Source of the DNA: Vicugna vicugna
Lineage: Eukaryota
Length of the DNA: 64,000 nt
Assembly: GCA_013265495.1 (NCBI GenBank)
Contig: MU058065.1
Location: 6,696,302 to 6,760,301, forward strand
Direction of reading: 5' to 3'
The notes below the pieces were generated by a model, which did not search any database, was not told the origin of the DNA, and saw only the letters and a program-made list of their open reading frames with translations. How positions within the stretch are numbered: position 1 is the first letter of the stretch; every line of letters begins with the position of its first letter. The translations under genes were made by a program, and so were the position numbers. Below are positions 39,992 to 52,170 of the stretch, in pieces.

Positions 39992-42900
39992 TGAGCCCAC
40001 CAACTTCTTATGGCTGGGTCTAGGGGCGTGTAAGAGAAAGGAGAGGTTCTGATTCCTTCCTGATGGGCCATGAGATTGGGGCCATGGGAATGGGGAGCAA
40101 GCTTAGATCTGTAATTTGGCAAGGATGGGGTGGGGTCTGAATGTCATAATAGGCATCGTGAGGCAGAATGTTCTAATGATTCAGTACCCGCAAGTGGAAC
40201 AGCCTTACTTCCCGTTGCTGGAGTGTGTTCAGTAGAAGTTGAATGCCTACTGTGTTTTAGGAAAATTTAGGCTTCTGCTGGGGGACCTTAAAGGTCCTTT
40301 CTAGCCTCTGAAGATCGTGAGCCCCTCCAGTAGCTACCAACGGAACCCAGATGACCTGATTCCTGGTTTCCAGTCTCTGGGTATCAGTCACCCTTACTCT
40401 GTCTCTGTATCTTCTCCCACCTCCTTCCCCTCCTTCTCTTTGGACTTTGCATTCTTCTGAGCTCCCACCTTTAGTCACAGTTATGAAAGTAAATGTTGAC
40501 CACTTCCGCCTTTCCCTATTACCCAGTCAGATGCCAGCCCCAAACCTCACCCCTAGCTGAGGCCTCAATGACGTGGAAGTGGCCAGGGCCCCATGTAGGT
40601 GGGACAGCAGCCAGAGAGCAGGCCCAGAAGCTGCCCATCTGGCCCTGCTTGAAGGTGAGTGTGATGGAGCTCAGCCACTACCCCGACTGGCCTGAACACT
40701 CTATCCCTCTCCTGCCCACAGGGCTCTAAACTAGAGAGCTGGGATGTAGACCCAGGGCCCCATTTCATGGCCAGGGACAGGTCACTCTGCCTCCCCCTGC
40801 ACTGTGGCTGGCTGGCTGGTAAAGTGAGTGGTTGGCTTGCCTTAGATGAGCCAGTTTCCTTTGAGCGCTGACATTTAAGAATCTCCATCTCTGACAACCC
40901 TCTTCCCCTCCTGGTGGTTGCACGGGGTTTGGAAACCGGGAGGATGATGGAAGGGGCTGAATGGTTCAGTGTCCAGTTGCTGTGTGAGCCTTCCTTTGTT
41001 GTTAGTTGGTCTGGGATGGGCAGCTATGAGAAGTGATGAGAAGTTTGGATAGACAGGGCACCCGAGCGAGGATGAGAGCAGATGGGTTAAGAGTTCTGGA
41101 GTCAGTCTTAGAGCTGAGTCTTGACTTCATCACACCCTAGCTAAGTAACCTTGGGCAGGTGACTTAATTTTTCTAAGCCTCTATTTCTTTATTTGTAAGT
41201 AAAGGGCTAATAACATATCTGCCCTTTTGGGCTATCATAAGGATTTAATGAAATAACTAAAGATGGGGATCAGGCACCGTTGTAAGTGCTCTAAGTGTAT
41301 TTTCTCATTTAATTTTTACAACTCTGTGGAGGGTACTATTATAGTACCCATTTTCTAGGTGGAGAAATTTAGGCATAATGAGGTAAAGTGGTTATTGCTG
41401 GTCTCTGGTCATTGCTGGGCTGGTGGCTGAGGCCCCAGTGAACTGGAATGTGAGCTGCTGTGTTCCCTGCGGACAGGTCTACTGGTAAATTCCTGTGCAA
41501 CCAGAAGAGTCCCAGGGAGGTGGGAGGGAGAGCAGAGGGCATTTTTGTGAGTCAGTGGCTGGCTGCGCTGGACCGGAACCCGAGTCCTAGTGGCCTATCC
41601 TAGGCTGGCCTTGTGCTCCCTAATTCACCCTTTGGTTTGGGGAGGGACCTGTCTGCCTGGCCTGGCTTAGAGGAAGGAAGGTGGTGGTGGTGGGGCAGCC
41701 AGCTGTCTGGGCAAAGGGCAGGCCCTGGGGAACTAGGTTCCTCAGATAAGTCCCAGGACCACTGTCTGTTAGAGCTGGAAATGAGCTTGGAGATCATCCG
41801 GTCCACTCACCTCATTTCACAGAGGTGCACCCTGAGGAGCTGACAGGACCAGGTCATGGTGACATCATTGTCTGGTGGCCCAGTTGGGGCCTTTCCTGCC
41901 AGTGTCTTGTGGGCTGTGTTTAGCCTGTTCACCTGTGTACCGCCACCCAGATGGTGGACGTCCGATAGGCCCAGGGCTGAGATGACTGTAATAATGAAAG
42001 ATGATCCTACTCCAAAGGTGGCCTGCCTTACTGCTTCCTGCAGACAAGACGCTGTTCTCTTGGTGGAGTTAAAGGGGCTGTTCGGAGGGGAGTAGAAGGG
42101 AGTAGAGAGGAGTCTCTTGCCTCAGAGCCCAGTTTCTTTTCCTTCCTTTTTAAAAAAAAGTCTATTAAGGAGATTCATATATTGTAACTGCTTATGAATA
42201 TTATGTCCTACCCCAACATAAGACCGAAGTATTTTCAAAAACAGTATCTCTGTGGCTTAAACTCACACCATTTAGGAGCGAGACCTTCACCACCGCCTGC
42301 TTCTCACACTGGTTTGTTGTGTCACACCTTCATTGTCAGGAAGGCCTTTCTTATTTCTGATCTGCACATTCTGACTCTTCTGGCTCTTTCACTTGGGGAA
42401 GCTGAAGAATAGCTTTCCTCAAAATAACTCCTTTAGAGACCTGGCCTGCTATTTGATCTCTGCTCCCCGCCCCTCCCTGCTGCCTTCCCCTCTGTGTTAT
42501 CTCAGTTGAGAGAGAAGAGTTAATAATCCTTTATCTGCTCCTTAAACTCTGCAGGGTGCCCTAAAAAGAGCTGGTTCTCCCTTCCTTCCGGCAGAGCCTC
42601 TGGGGATGTCTGTTGACCTGGATCTGGGGGGCTTCCTCCCTGTGGGGTCCTGAAGGTCTGCCCTTGAGAGATGCTCTTGGGGGCCCTGTCAAGGGGCCTA
42701 GACTGTGTCAGGGCTCATCCGTACCAGAGACCTTGGGCCCTTCCAGGGCCCTCCTCCTTAGTTCTTCCCAAGCCTACATCTCTGCCACCTCAGAGGGGAA
42801 CACCTACTTTGGGGGCAGGCGGGCAGGAATCCCAGAGATACCAGGGACCCTGGCTTTCACAACATGTGTCTTTCCCTCCCAGGGGGCTTTGAGGCCCCCT

Positions 42901-43695
42901 GCACACACTATCTACTTCCTGGCAAGACCACGAAGAGAGTGGTGGCAGCCACAGGCTGTCACATGCCTGGCCAGTCTTGGTTGTTATTTGAAGGAACCAG
43001 AAAGTCCTGTCTCGGGCCTGCTTTTTTGTGCAGCCTCCCAGCCCCCGGAGCCAGCCCGGTGCACCCACTCGCCTTGGCCTCTCAGGCAGCCCCTGACTCA
43101 GCCTGCCACGGTCCACAGCCTGGCAGCTCCGGCCTTGGGGCGAGTTTGTTGTCTTCCACTTGGGGCCCTGGCTCCTCTCCAGCTCTGCCTTTCAGGCTTT
43201 GAGCTCCTGCCAGCTGCTGTGGGGGCTGGGCTCTTACTGGATCCCAGCTGGCCCTGTGACTCACTGGTGGCTTTGCTGAGACCATGGAGCTGCTTCTCTG
43301 GTCACTGGAAGACTCTTAAGCGAGCATGGGGGAGTTCCCAGGCCCCCTACTCTCACACCACTGATGCCCAGTGACTGTTCTTGGCTCCTGCACTAAATCC
43401 CGTCTCCTGTGGCAGGAAGCTGCACAGTAAGGAGGGCCGTGGACAGAAAGCTGGTGTGAGGGCAGAGGGGCAGGTGCTGAGCTGGTGGGGTGGGCAGTGC
43501 TGTGGGGACGGGGACAGTGGCCTGTGGGCCAGGAATGATACACTGTGATTGGGGGAGAAAGTATGAGTGTCCCTTTCCATGGAGACAGGCTGGACTCAGG
43601 CTGAGCGAGCTGAGCCTGGGCACTCACAACTAACTTTTCTCATCTTCCATTTCAGGTCCCAGCAGCTGGGGTCTCCCCTCAGCCCTTGAGCGGCC

Positions 43696-43888
43696 ATGTC
43701 CCACCCCAGTGCCCCACCTCCATATGAGGACCGCAACCCCCTGTACCCTGGCCCTCCGCCCCCGGCGGGCTATGGGCAGCCGTCTGTCCTGCCTGGTGGG
43801 TACCCTGCTTACCCACAGCCTGGCTATGGTCACCCTGCTGGCTACCCACAGCCTATGCCCCCCATCCACCCGATGCCCATGAACTACG
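43696..43888 (+). CDS. TMBIM1: TMBIM1 (Lifeguard 3) first coding exon; acceptor at 43655/43656
   Basis: gccATGt; MSHPSAPPPYEDRNPLYPGPPPP...PMPMNY, Pro/Gly/Tyr-rich; G|gtgag donor. Confidence 0.96.
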
Positions 43889-45142
43889 GTGAGTTTCTGA
43901 AGGGCAGCTGGGGGGTGGGGTGGGAGGAGGCAACACTTGAGCATATGAGGCCACTTCCTTTCCTTCCTTTTCAATTTCCTTTATCTTATTTTCATCTTCT
44001 CTTTACATCTCTCCTGTTCCCCCTTCTTTGTTACCTCCCTGCTTTTTCCTTCAGCTCCTAGCTGGGGTGCTAGGTCCTCTAGAGGGGGACCGTCTGCCAA
44101 CCCCTTTATTTAGCAAGGACACTGAGTCTGTAAGACACCTACCAGAACTTACACATCAGATGAGAAAGTGGCTGGGTGAAGTAATTTTAGTTACTTCAGA
44201 GCCATTACCTGAGGAGGCCGTTCATTTCTGTTTCCCAACCAGGCAGTTGCCACCCCACCCACCCACTTCTCTTCCTTAGGAACTGCTTAGGAACCTGAAG
44301 CAGTTTTTTTTTTCCCTTTAAATATTCTTGGTGCTGACAAATCCTCTTCCTTTAAGGTAACATCTGATTTTTGCAAACATCCAGAAGTCACTTGGATGTT
44401 TAATAAACGTCATGGCAGGTAAATTTGGTCAGAAATGAGGTAAGATTAGGATGCAGTGAGGCTTTTCCTCTGCGGCTCACATGTGGATTTCGAAAGCAGT
44501 TCCCGAGGAGGTATTCGAGGGCTGTTTTGAGCCCCTGCAACATCCCTGGAATCCTGGAGTGCGGCCAGCTCTCATCTGGCCTTATGTGTTCTGGTGTGAA
44601 TGTTAGCACATCAGTCACGTTTACAGCCGTGCCTCGTCCTGTGCACGTACACCCCAATGTATCTGTTTTCCCTGAGTCCTGATGTTTGCCTGATGTAGAT
44701 CACAGTCCACATACCCCATTCTCCACCCTCCACATGCATGCGCTGTGTTTCTACCTTCCTTTTCTTCCCTCCATCTCTGAGTCCGTACTCTGACCCTGCC
44801 AGCGCCTCTGCCCCGTGCCTGCCTGGCTTCCTTATGAGATCATGACCCCTCGACGGCAGGGACCACGGGTGTTCGCCCCCCTCAGTAAATGCATACTGAA
44901 GGAGTGCTTACACCTAAACCCCCCTGGGCCAGGGGCGTGTGACTCCCTCCCTGTGGGTGGCCAGACCGACTCTCGTCACTCAGAGGGCATCTAGAGGACC
45001 TGGCTGGGGCAATGAGGTCCTGAGTTATAATACATGTCTTTTGGCTGGAGATTCCTGAGACTTTGAGATAGTGTCATGGAGGCTTGGGGATTGAGGCCAT
45101 GTGTCCCAGATTCCCCGTTGTTCATGTATGATCTGTTCCCAG

Positions 45143-45240
45143 GCGCAGGCCAGGGCTATGATGGGGAGAGAGCAGTGAGTGACAACTTCGGGTCTGGAGA
45201 TTGGGATGACAGGAAAGTCCGACATGCCTTCATCCGAAAG
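45143..45240 (+). CDS. TMBIM1: TMBIM1 coding exon 2 (98 nt)
   Basis: GAGQGYDGERAVSDNFGSGDWDDRKVRHAFIRK; AG/GT boundaries. Confidence 0.93.
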
Positions 45241-45997
45241 GTGAGATGTGCGCTGGAAGGCAACCTGGGCCTGGGGCTGTGGGAATTGGGGGGACTTGAG
45301 CTGCTCCCCTCTGGGTCCTCTGTAGTCCTGCACCCTCCTCAAAGGGGGCCCTGGCTCCTCTAACCTATGTTCACTCACCTTTTTCTCCTTTCTTCCTTGA
45401 CCTTATTTTGGGGGGAAGATTCAATCTGGGAAAATCTGGGCAGGCTTTGCCCAAGTGTTCTGCTCTCTGCACACCTCTTTCTCCTGTTAGACTGTAGCAA
45501 CTTGAAGCCAGAACTGATGGTGCCCATTTGCAGCCCCTGCCCCCACATCTCATGTCTGCACAGCACCTGCTCAGGGTAGACAGATACCTGAGCTCGGCAG
45601 GCTGAACCTCTGCAGGTGCGGAGGCCATACCTGGTGGTGCCGCGAGGCAGGAGCAGTGAGTTATCAGTGAGGCCAGATGTCGGACAGCGAGCAGGAGATG
45701 TCAGGGAGCAGCGGGGGGTGAGGGCAGCCCTGCGCATGTGTACAGTATCTCAGCCGGACTTCTCACTGGGGGTGGCCTCTCTGCCAGGCTGCAGCCGGGG
45801 TGGGCTCTCAAGTGGGAAGGAAGTAAGAGTAGATCCTTCAAATTAAGAAGGAGCCCCCTCCCTACCTCTGAAAGATGGGGAAGGGGGAAGGTGCAGGGTC
45901 TTTTGGGCTCCTTGATCTCGGGAGCTGGATGCTTCCTGGGGAGAGGCCAGGAGTAGAGGGTGGTGACCTGTGCTGTCCCTGGCCGTCTGTGTTCCAG

Positions 45998-46062
45998 GTT
46001 TACACCATCATCTCCATCCAGCTGCTCGTCACGGTGGCCATCATTGCTATCTTCACCTTTGT
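45998..46062 (+). CDS. TMBIM1: TMBIM1 coding exon 3 (65 nt)
   Basis: VYTIISIQLLVTVAIIAIFTF(V), transmembrane helix. Confidence 0.95.
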
Positions 46063-46285
46063 GTGAGTCTCTAGGCCTCTCTGCCCTAGCTCTGGGCTCC
46101 TGGGCTCGGGGCTCTGGGTCACCTGCTGGGAGCATGGCTTGGGGTGGGCCCTTGACTTAGATTGACTGGAAGAGGAGTTTAGATGTGGGCGATTAAAGAT
46201 GGGGCAGCAGGCTGCCTGGTGGGACTTGGCAGGGAGGTAGACAAGCCGTGGTGTGACCCCTCTCTCATCCTTCCCTGCTCCACAG

Positions 46286-46339
46286 GAAGCCGGTCGGCCA
46301 GTTCGTGAGGGCAAACCTGGCTGTCTACTACGCATCCTA
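46286..46339 (+). CDS. TMBIM1: TMBIM1 coding exon 4 (54 nt)
   Basis: KPVGQFVRANLAVYYAS(Y); frame continuous. Confidence 0.92.
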
Positions 46340-46799
46340 GTGAGTCTGTGCTCCTCCCTGCTCGCGGGCCAGGAGAGGAGGGGCGGCAGTTGGCCAGCTT
46401 TTCAGGGCAGGGATCAAAATACTTCTGGAGAGGGGTGCTCCCAGTTGCCAGTTGTGCTGGGAAGTCTGAGTGTGTGCCACCAAGTGTAAGTAGCAGTGTC
46501 ACAGAACTTCTGAGAGCAGGGGCTGGGGGGCTGGTGGCAACATGAATACTGTGAAACAGTCCCACGTTCTGGCAGCCTCTCTGCTGGCCTCCTGTGCGGC
46601 CTCCTCCCTGGCCAAACCCTTGTTACCGAGGTTCTCAGAGCCCCTGGCTGGGGTGATCTTGTCCTGCTGGGTAGCCCCTCAGACTTCTAGACAGCTCCCT
46701 GGGCCTCCAGCCTGCCAGTCTGGTGAGTGCTGCCAGGCTGGGCTGGGGCCAAGGGGCAGAGTGGATCTGGAGACTACTTCCCTGTCTCTTTCTCCACAG

Positions 46800-46850
46800 T
46801 GCTGTCTTCCTGGTCACCTACCTGACCCTCGCCTGCTGCCAGGGACCCAG
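46800..46850 (+). CDS. TMBIM1: TMBIM1 coding exon 5 (51 nt)
   Basis: AVFLVTYLTLACCQGP(R). Confidence 0.94.
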
Positions 46851-47379
46851 GTGAGTCCCAGAGACTTAGACATGGGAAGGGATGGCAAGAGGGGGGCTAA
46901 GTATTTTGCAAAGAAAGGGGATTCTTTATAGCAGCTGAATGGAGACTCACCAGTGGTGATGATGATGATGGCTACTGTTGAGGTGTGTACAGAGGATCCT
47001 GCGTGTGTGGAATCTATTTAGCTATCTAGCTGTTATTCTTACAGCCCTACAAGATATGTAGCATTTTAATCACTTAACAAATAGGAAGAACCCAAGGCTC
47101 AGAGAGGCCAAGGAACTTTCTCACAGTCACACAGGTAGTAGTCTAACAGCTGCAAATGAATCCAGGTCTTTGTGGCTCCACAGCCCGAGCCTGTCCTCTT
47201 GCCCCATGTTGTCCCTTAAGTGGAACACCTGAGCAGGTACCAAAGGCTGTGCCAGCCTCCCCTCCCCCAAGTCAAGGCCTAATCCTCTAGGTGCACAAGC
47301 CAAGAATTTCCTTCTTCTAAAGGAGCCTCTGATACCTGGCCGGCCCCACGTCACTTAATCATGGTTTCTTTCCCTTCAG

Positions 47380-47419
47380 ACGCCGTTTCCCATGGAACAT
47401 CATTCTGCTGGCCCTCTTT
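47380..47419 (+). CDS. TMBIM1: TMBIM1 coding exon 6 (40 nt)
   Basis: RRFPWNIILLALF. Confidence 0.94.
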
Positions 47420-47659
47420 GTGAGTCTAGAAGGGTCGAGGGAGGGTGTGGAGATGATGAGGGAGGGCTGGGCGCAGGGAAGGGAGGGGACATCATGATGG
47501 AAGATGTCCCTGACTCTCTCCGTGACCTTACCCTGACCCCTGCCCTTGGTCTCCTTGTGGCTGCCTCATACCCCAGCCCTGGTGGTCCACCATGGCCATG
47601 CCTCCAGGGCCCCGCCTCTCTTCTTAAGTGTCTCACCCTTGTCTCTGTCCTTCCCTCAG

Positions 47660-47697
47660 ACTCTTGCCATGGGCTTCATGACTGGCACCATTTCCAG
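47660..47697 (+). CDS. TMBIM1: TMBIM1 coding exon 7 (38 nt)
   Basis: TLAMGFMTGTIS(S). Confidence 0.93.
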
Positions 47698-47861
47698 GTA
47701 CGTTCAGGGACAAACCACCACACAGGGGTGTGGGGCATCCCTGGGCTGGCAGCCACCTGTATGGGCATAGATTCTGGGCAGGGTACTTTTAGAAGTAGTG
47801 ATTCTGAAGTCCTTTATATTTGGTTTATGCCTCTGGCTTCTCAACTCCTTCTTCCCTGCAG

Positions 47862-47949
47862 TGTGTATAACACTAAAGCTGTCATCATTGCAATGATCAT
47901 CACTGCTGTGGTGTCCATTTCAGTCACGATCTTCTGCTTCCAGACCAAG
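47862..47949 (+). CDS. TMBIM1: TMBIM1 coding exon 8 (88 nt)
   Basis: VYNTKAVIIAMIITAVVSISVTIFCFQTK. Confidence 0.95.
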
Positions 47950-48261
47950 GTGAGGGCACGGAGGGCCCTTCCCTGGCTGCCTCATCCTCTTTTATTATAG
48001 ACAGACCTGGGCTTCCAGGCTTGGCACTTGAGCAGGCCTGGGAGGGACTTCCCTTAGAGACTCTAACCCCTTTCCCGTCATATCTGCACCTACAGAACTG
48101 CTTCCTGTGTCTTTCCTTAGAATGTCATGATCACTCTCATGCTCCCCACCCATCGAGGAGGCAGCACTGGGACTTTCTGGAGGAGGAGGCAGGGGCTGTC
48201 TGGCTGGGCTGCTACTTGGGTCAGCTGGGTTGACATGTGCCTTCCTCTCCCTTCCTGGCAG

Positions 48262-48357
48262 GTGGACTTCACCTCGTGCACAGGCCTCTTCTGTGTCCTG
48301 GGAATTGTGATGATGGTGACTGGGATTGTCACGGCCATTGTGCTGTCCTTCAAATAT
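48262..48357 (+). CDS. TMBIM1: TMBIM1 coding exon 9 (96 nt)
   Basis: VDFTSCTGLFCVLGIVMMVTGIVTAIVLSFKY. Confidence 0.95.
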
Positions 48358-49395
48358 GTGAGTGCCCCAGGAGAGCTGGGGTCAGCGAACCTGGTGCTCA
48401 GGGTAGACTTTCTGTGTAATGTGGTAGAGCCGGCCCCACAGGCCTCTGGGCAGTTTCTTGCTTCCAGAACTTCTCGACTGGCTAGCAAAGGTATCCAAGC
48501 TGAAGAGCCATCCTTTGGGTTAGAGTCTCTTTGGAGACATCGGGCCCTGGGAACCATAGCACCTGAGGCCTTGGACAGAATCATGAGATTCCTAAGAGAA
48601 GTGGTGGGTTAGATCTGTCTGACAGCTGAGACCAGGTTCTAGGAGGCAGGCTGGCAGAGGAACCCAGGGGACCGAGAAGATGGGCTTGGGTGGAAGGGAC
48701 CTTAGGGATCACTGTGTCCAACTCCTCTTTTATTCTAGTCAGCAGGGAGAGCATGAGGCCCCTAGACTGAGGGAAGCTTCATGATGGGGAGGCAAGAACA
48801 GCGCTGAAGGGGAAACACATGAATGGGAGGGCCGCCTGCCCACTTCACTGTGGGCTGGCCCTGCCCTTCTTTGGACAGGCACTTGGAAGGCTGTTGAGCA
48901 GGGCTGCCCTGGGGGTGTTTCCTGACTCTGATATTCATCAGGGTGGTTGGAGGGCTTCCCCCCAGCCCTCTTCTTTAATCTGTCCCTCCAGTGCTGGGTT
49001 ACAGGAACATGATCTATGGAATGTTGACCATGACTAGGGGAAAGGTGATGGGGCTTTTCAACCAGCATGCGCATGGGTCTGCCCCTCCCAGAGCTAGAAT
49101 TCAGCCACTTTTTCTTCCAGAAGAATAGTGGACACCTCTGTACCTTGATTAACTCTGGAGAGTGGTTTGGCTAAGATGCTGTGATTGGTTTTATGTAGCC
49201 ATTAGAGGATGGTCTGTTTTCTCTGCCAAATATGTTACCATTCTTAATTTCTGCCACGATCTGGAAGGCAGAAGTATTCCTTTCATGTAGCCAGCTTCCT
49301 AGATCTTCCCACTTGGCCAGAAGATGGTCCCAAGGCCCTGCCTCCGCCCAAGCTTTGCTAAGATTTCTAACGCCATCCCTGTTTCCTCTGCACAG

Positions 49396-49449
49396 ATTTA
49401 CTGGCTGCATATGGTCTACGCCGCTCTGGGGGCCATTTGCTTCACCTTG
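49396..49449 (+). CDS. TMBIM1: TMBIM1 coding exon 10 (54 nt)
   Basis: IYWLHMVYAALGAICFTL. Confidence 0.95.
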
Positions 49450-49816
49450 GTGAGTAAGGTCCCACCCTCTTTAGGAAGGGGAGCTGAGGGGACGGAGGGG
49501 AGGAACTGGGCGGCTGGTGAATTTAGGCCACAGTGCCCTTCCTTTTTCCTACTCTCCATGGGTTCCACCGATTTCCCGGGCATTGCCACCATCTCTTGTT
49601 TACACCGCCGACTATGAGAACACTCAGTGGGCCAGATATGGAGACAGTGTGCCTGTCTCTCTTTCTAGACTGTGAACTGCTTGAGGGCAGAGACCATATG
49701 TTCTACTGTTCATTAATGTGTTCCCTAAGCACACCTCATGGCACAGAGGCTCCCAGGATAGGTCCGCTGACCGCTGAGCCCCTGGGTCCTCATGTGTAGC
49801 TTCACTGTCCTTGCAG

Positions 49817-49963
49817 TTCCTGGCTTACGACACACAGCTGGTCCTGGGGAACCGGAAGCACACCATCAGCCCAGAGGACTACATCACGGGTGCGCTGCAG
49901 ATCTACACAGACATCGTCTATATCTTCACCTTTGTGCTGCAGCTCCTGGGGGATCGCAATTAA
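49817..49963 (+). CDS. TMBIM1: TMBIM1 last coding exon (147 nt including TAA); total CDS 924 nt = 307 aa
   Basis: FLAYDTQLVLGNRKHTISPEDYITGALQIYTDIVYIFTFVLQLLGDRN*; Bax-inhibitor-family YDTQ...YTDI di-aspartate motif. Confidence 0.96.
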   Translation, partial: FLAYDTQLVLGNRKHTISPEDYITGALQIYTDIVYIFTFVLQLLGDRN

Positions 49964-51244
49964 GGAGCAACTCCTATATGCCCCACCCCAGGCTTTCCCT
50001 TCCCTAGAGGGCTGGGCCTTGTGACCTGGGTCTGGGCCTCAGACCCCTTTCTTTCCCCTCAAGTAACATGCCCATTTTCCTTCTGTCTGGGGATGTGTGG
50101 CTCCTCTCTGGCTGTGGATGTGTAGGTACCAGCTGGGGATGGAGGAACTAGGGACTAACTCTTTCCCTTAGTGGACTCGACAGGGACCTAGACGAAAGAT
50201 GTGCCTTCTCCCTGCATCTACTAGGGGCACCAAATTCTTCTTAACAGCTGGGGTTGGAGTAGGGAGGATGAAAAGAGCCTAGTCTGGAACTAAAAGGGAA
50301 TATGAGAGGTAGAAGCGACTTCATGGTCATGAGGTTTCCCCTCCCACTTCTGCTACAGGCTTCTGGACTAGGTAGCTGGAGCTGTTTCCTCCCTGAGCCC
50401 CCAACAAAGCCACAGAGCTTTGCCCCAGCCTCCTGGACTCATAGGCCATTATCCTGTACCCCTTTGGCAACTCTTGGCACCTTCCAGCTCAGGAAGGTAG
50501 AAAGGGTTTGTGCTTGTGGGTCTTCCCTGCTTCAGCCCCTACTTTTGATAGCATATATATACTGATTTGCCGGGTTAGGGGTGGGGAGGAAGAGAGTGAG
50601 CAAAGTCAAGCGCAGAGGCCAATACAGAGCAGCATCTACCCACGGCTTCCTCCTGGCTTATGGTGGCAGAGAGAGCAGGCCCATTTGTAGCCATATGGTC
50701 CCCATTCTCCAAAGCTGCCTGGGCCTCCCTGGTGCTTCTGAGATTTCTGGTTAGAGGGACATCTTGCTTCCTTTGGTCAGGCTGCTCAGAGCAGAAAGTG
50801 AGGGACAAAGTGCAGGCGATGAGGTGGTATGTAGGATCACCACTTTGTGGCAGCATGGCCAGGAAGTAACCAGGGTGAAGAGAGACTGGGGTGTGGGCAG
50901 GGACAATGCCTTGGGGTCCCTCACCCTGTCTGGGAGATATGGAAGCCTGCTGTGGTGCCCGTGGTTCTTCCCTTCTGCTGACTTGGAGAGGGCCCTGAGA
51001 GAGAGACTGTCCCTCTTAGTTTGTTAACTCATACTTGGGGGATTAAAGACTCAGGCTCCATCTCTCCAGCCAACTACTGCTTTCTTTGTGACACCAAGTG
51101 CCTCAAGCTGGAATGGGGAAGGGAGAACAAGGGTCACTCTACGGGGTGGGGTGGAAACCAAATCAGCCCAAGGGTATAATTAGGACTTCTCTATTAAGTA
51201 CTTGGTCCTAAATATATCCCACAAAAGGACATAACTAGAAATGT

Positions 51245-51250
51245 AATAAA
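51245..51250 (+). terminator. Poly(A) signal AATAAA of TMBIM1
   Basis: aataaa about 1.3 kb after the stop, followed by a T/GT-rich downstream element. Confidence 0.75.
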
Positions 51251-51477
51251 GTTTTATGTTTAGAAGGTAAAACCTTGTTTGGCTCTGGTTTTTTTCATTT
51301 TAAGGTGTCGGCTCTGGGAGAATCAATCTGGCTCTGTCTGAAGCATCCACATTCACCTTTTCATTCTGGCTTGGAATCTTCTACCTTTTCTATGATAACC
51401 AAATACACTTTGTCCCCATACTTCCTGGTGATCGTTCAACCCTGCAAGACGAGGTCTGGCAGGGGCTGCTCAGAGCC

Positions 51478-51633
51478 ATAGCACGTGACCTTTTCTGAAT
51501 CATGGACCCTTTACAAAAGTGCATGAGAGCTATGAACTCTTTTCCCCACAAAGCTGTATGTGTACACACGATTTCACATATGGGGGAGTGGAGGTGGGGG
51601 TGGACCATAATGTTCAGGTTTAGAACTCCTGCC
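51478..51633. mobile_element. MER103-like hAT element between the TMBIM1 and PNKD-S 3' ends
   Basis: atggacccttt...gagagctatgaactcttttcccc...caggtttagaactcctgc. Confidence 0.5.
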
Positions 51634-51994
51634 TTGGAAACCACTAGTCTAATCCCTCTTACAAACAAGGAAACAGGCACAGAGAGGTTGAGTCATTTGG
51701 ACTCAGCCAAAAGGAGCAGTGCTTTTTTTTTTAACTCCACACCCTGAACGCCCTCTTTGATTCTCTTTATTATTTGTCTAAGGCTGAGTGGGACCCCACC
51801 CTCCTGGCCAGCAGCTCTGAGGGCTTGGTCCCCAAGGCCCGAGTCTAGTCTTGTATTTAAGTCTCCCCCAACCATTCCAGCCGGAACACTAAGGCTTCTG
51901 TGAGAGGGAGTAACCATCCCCACCCTCTGCCCCACCCATCCCAAGGGACTCACAAACCCAGTCCTGGTTCCCTTCCACTCACTCAGTAAGTAAC

Positions 51995-52000
51995 TTTATT
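51995..52000 (-). terminator. Poly(A) signal AATAAA of the PNKD short isoform
   Basis: tttatt on + strand about 170 nt downstream of the short-isoform stop. Confidence 0.75.
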
Positions 52001-52170
52001 TGCCTTTGGCTGATTTCTCTGGCGGGGAGGAGAGGGGCTGGCAGCAGCCTGGGCTTCATGCGCCCTCTGGTGGGCCTCAGAGGCAAGAACCAGAATCGTC
52101 ACCAAACTGAAAGGACTTGACATTCTGGAGGCCACAGTCAACACAGTCTAGGGGAGGGTTGCAGTGTTCC

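Noticed and set aside
42613..43374. 253-aa ORF in TMBIM1 intron 1
   Set aside because: TTG start, no recognisable family, no splice support
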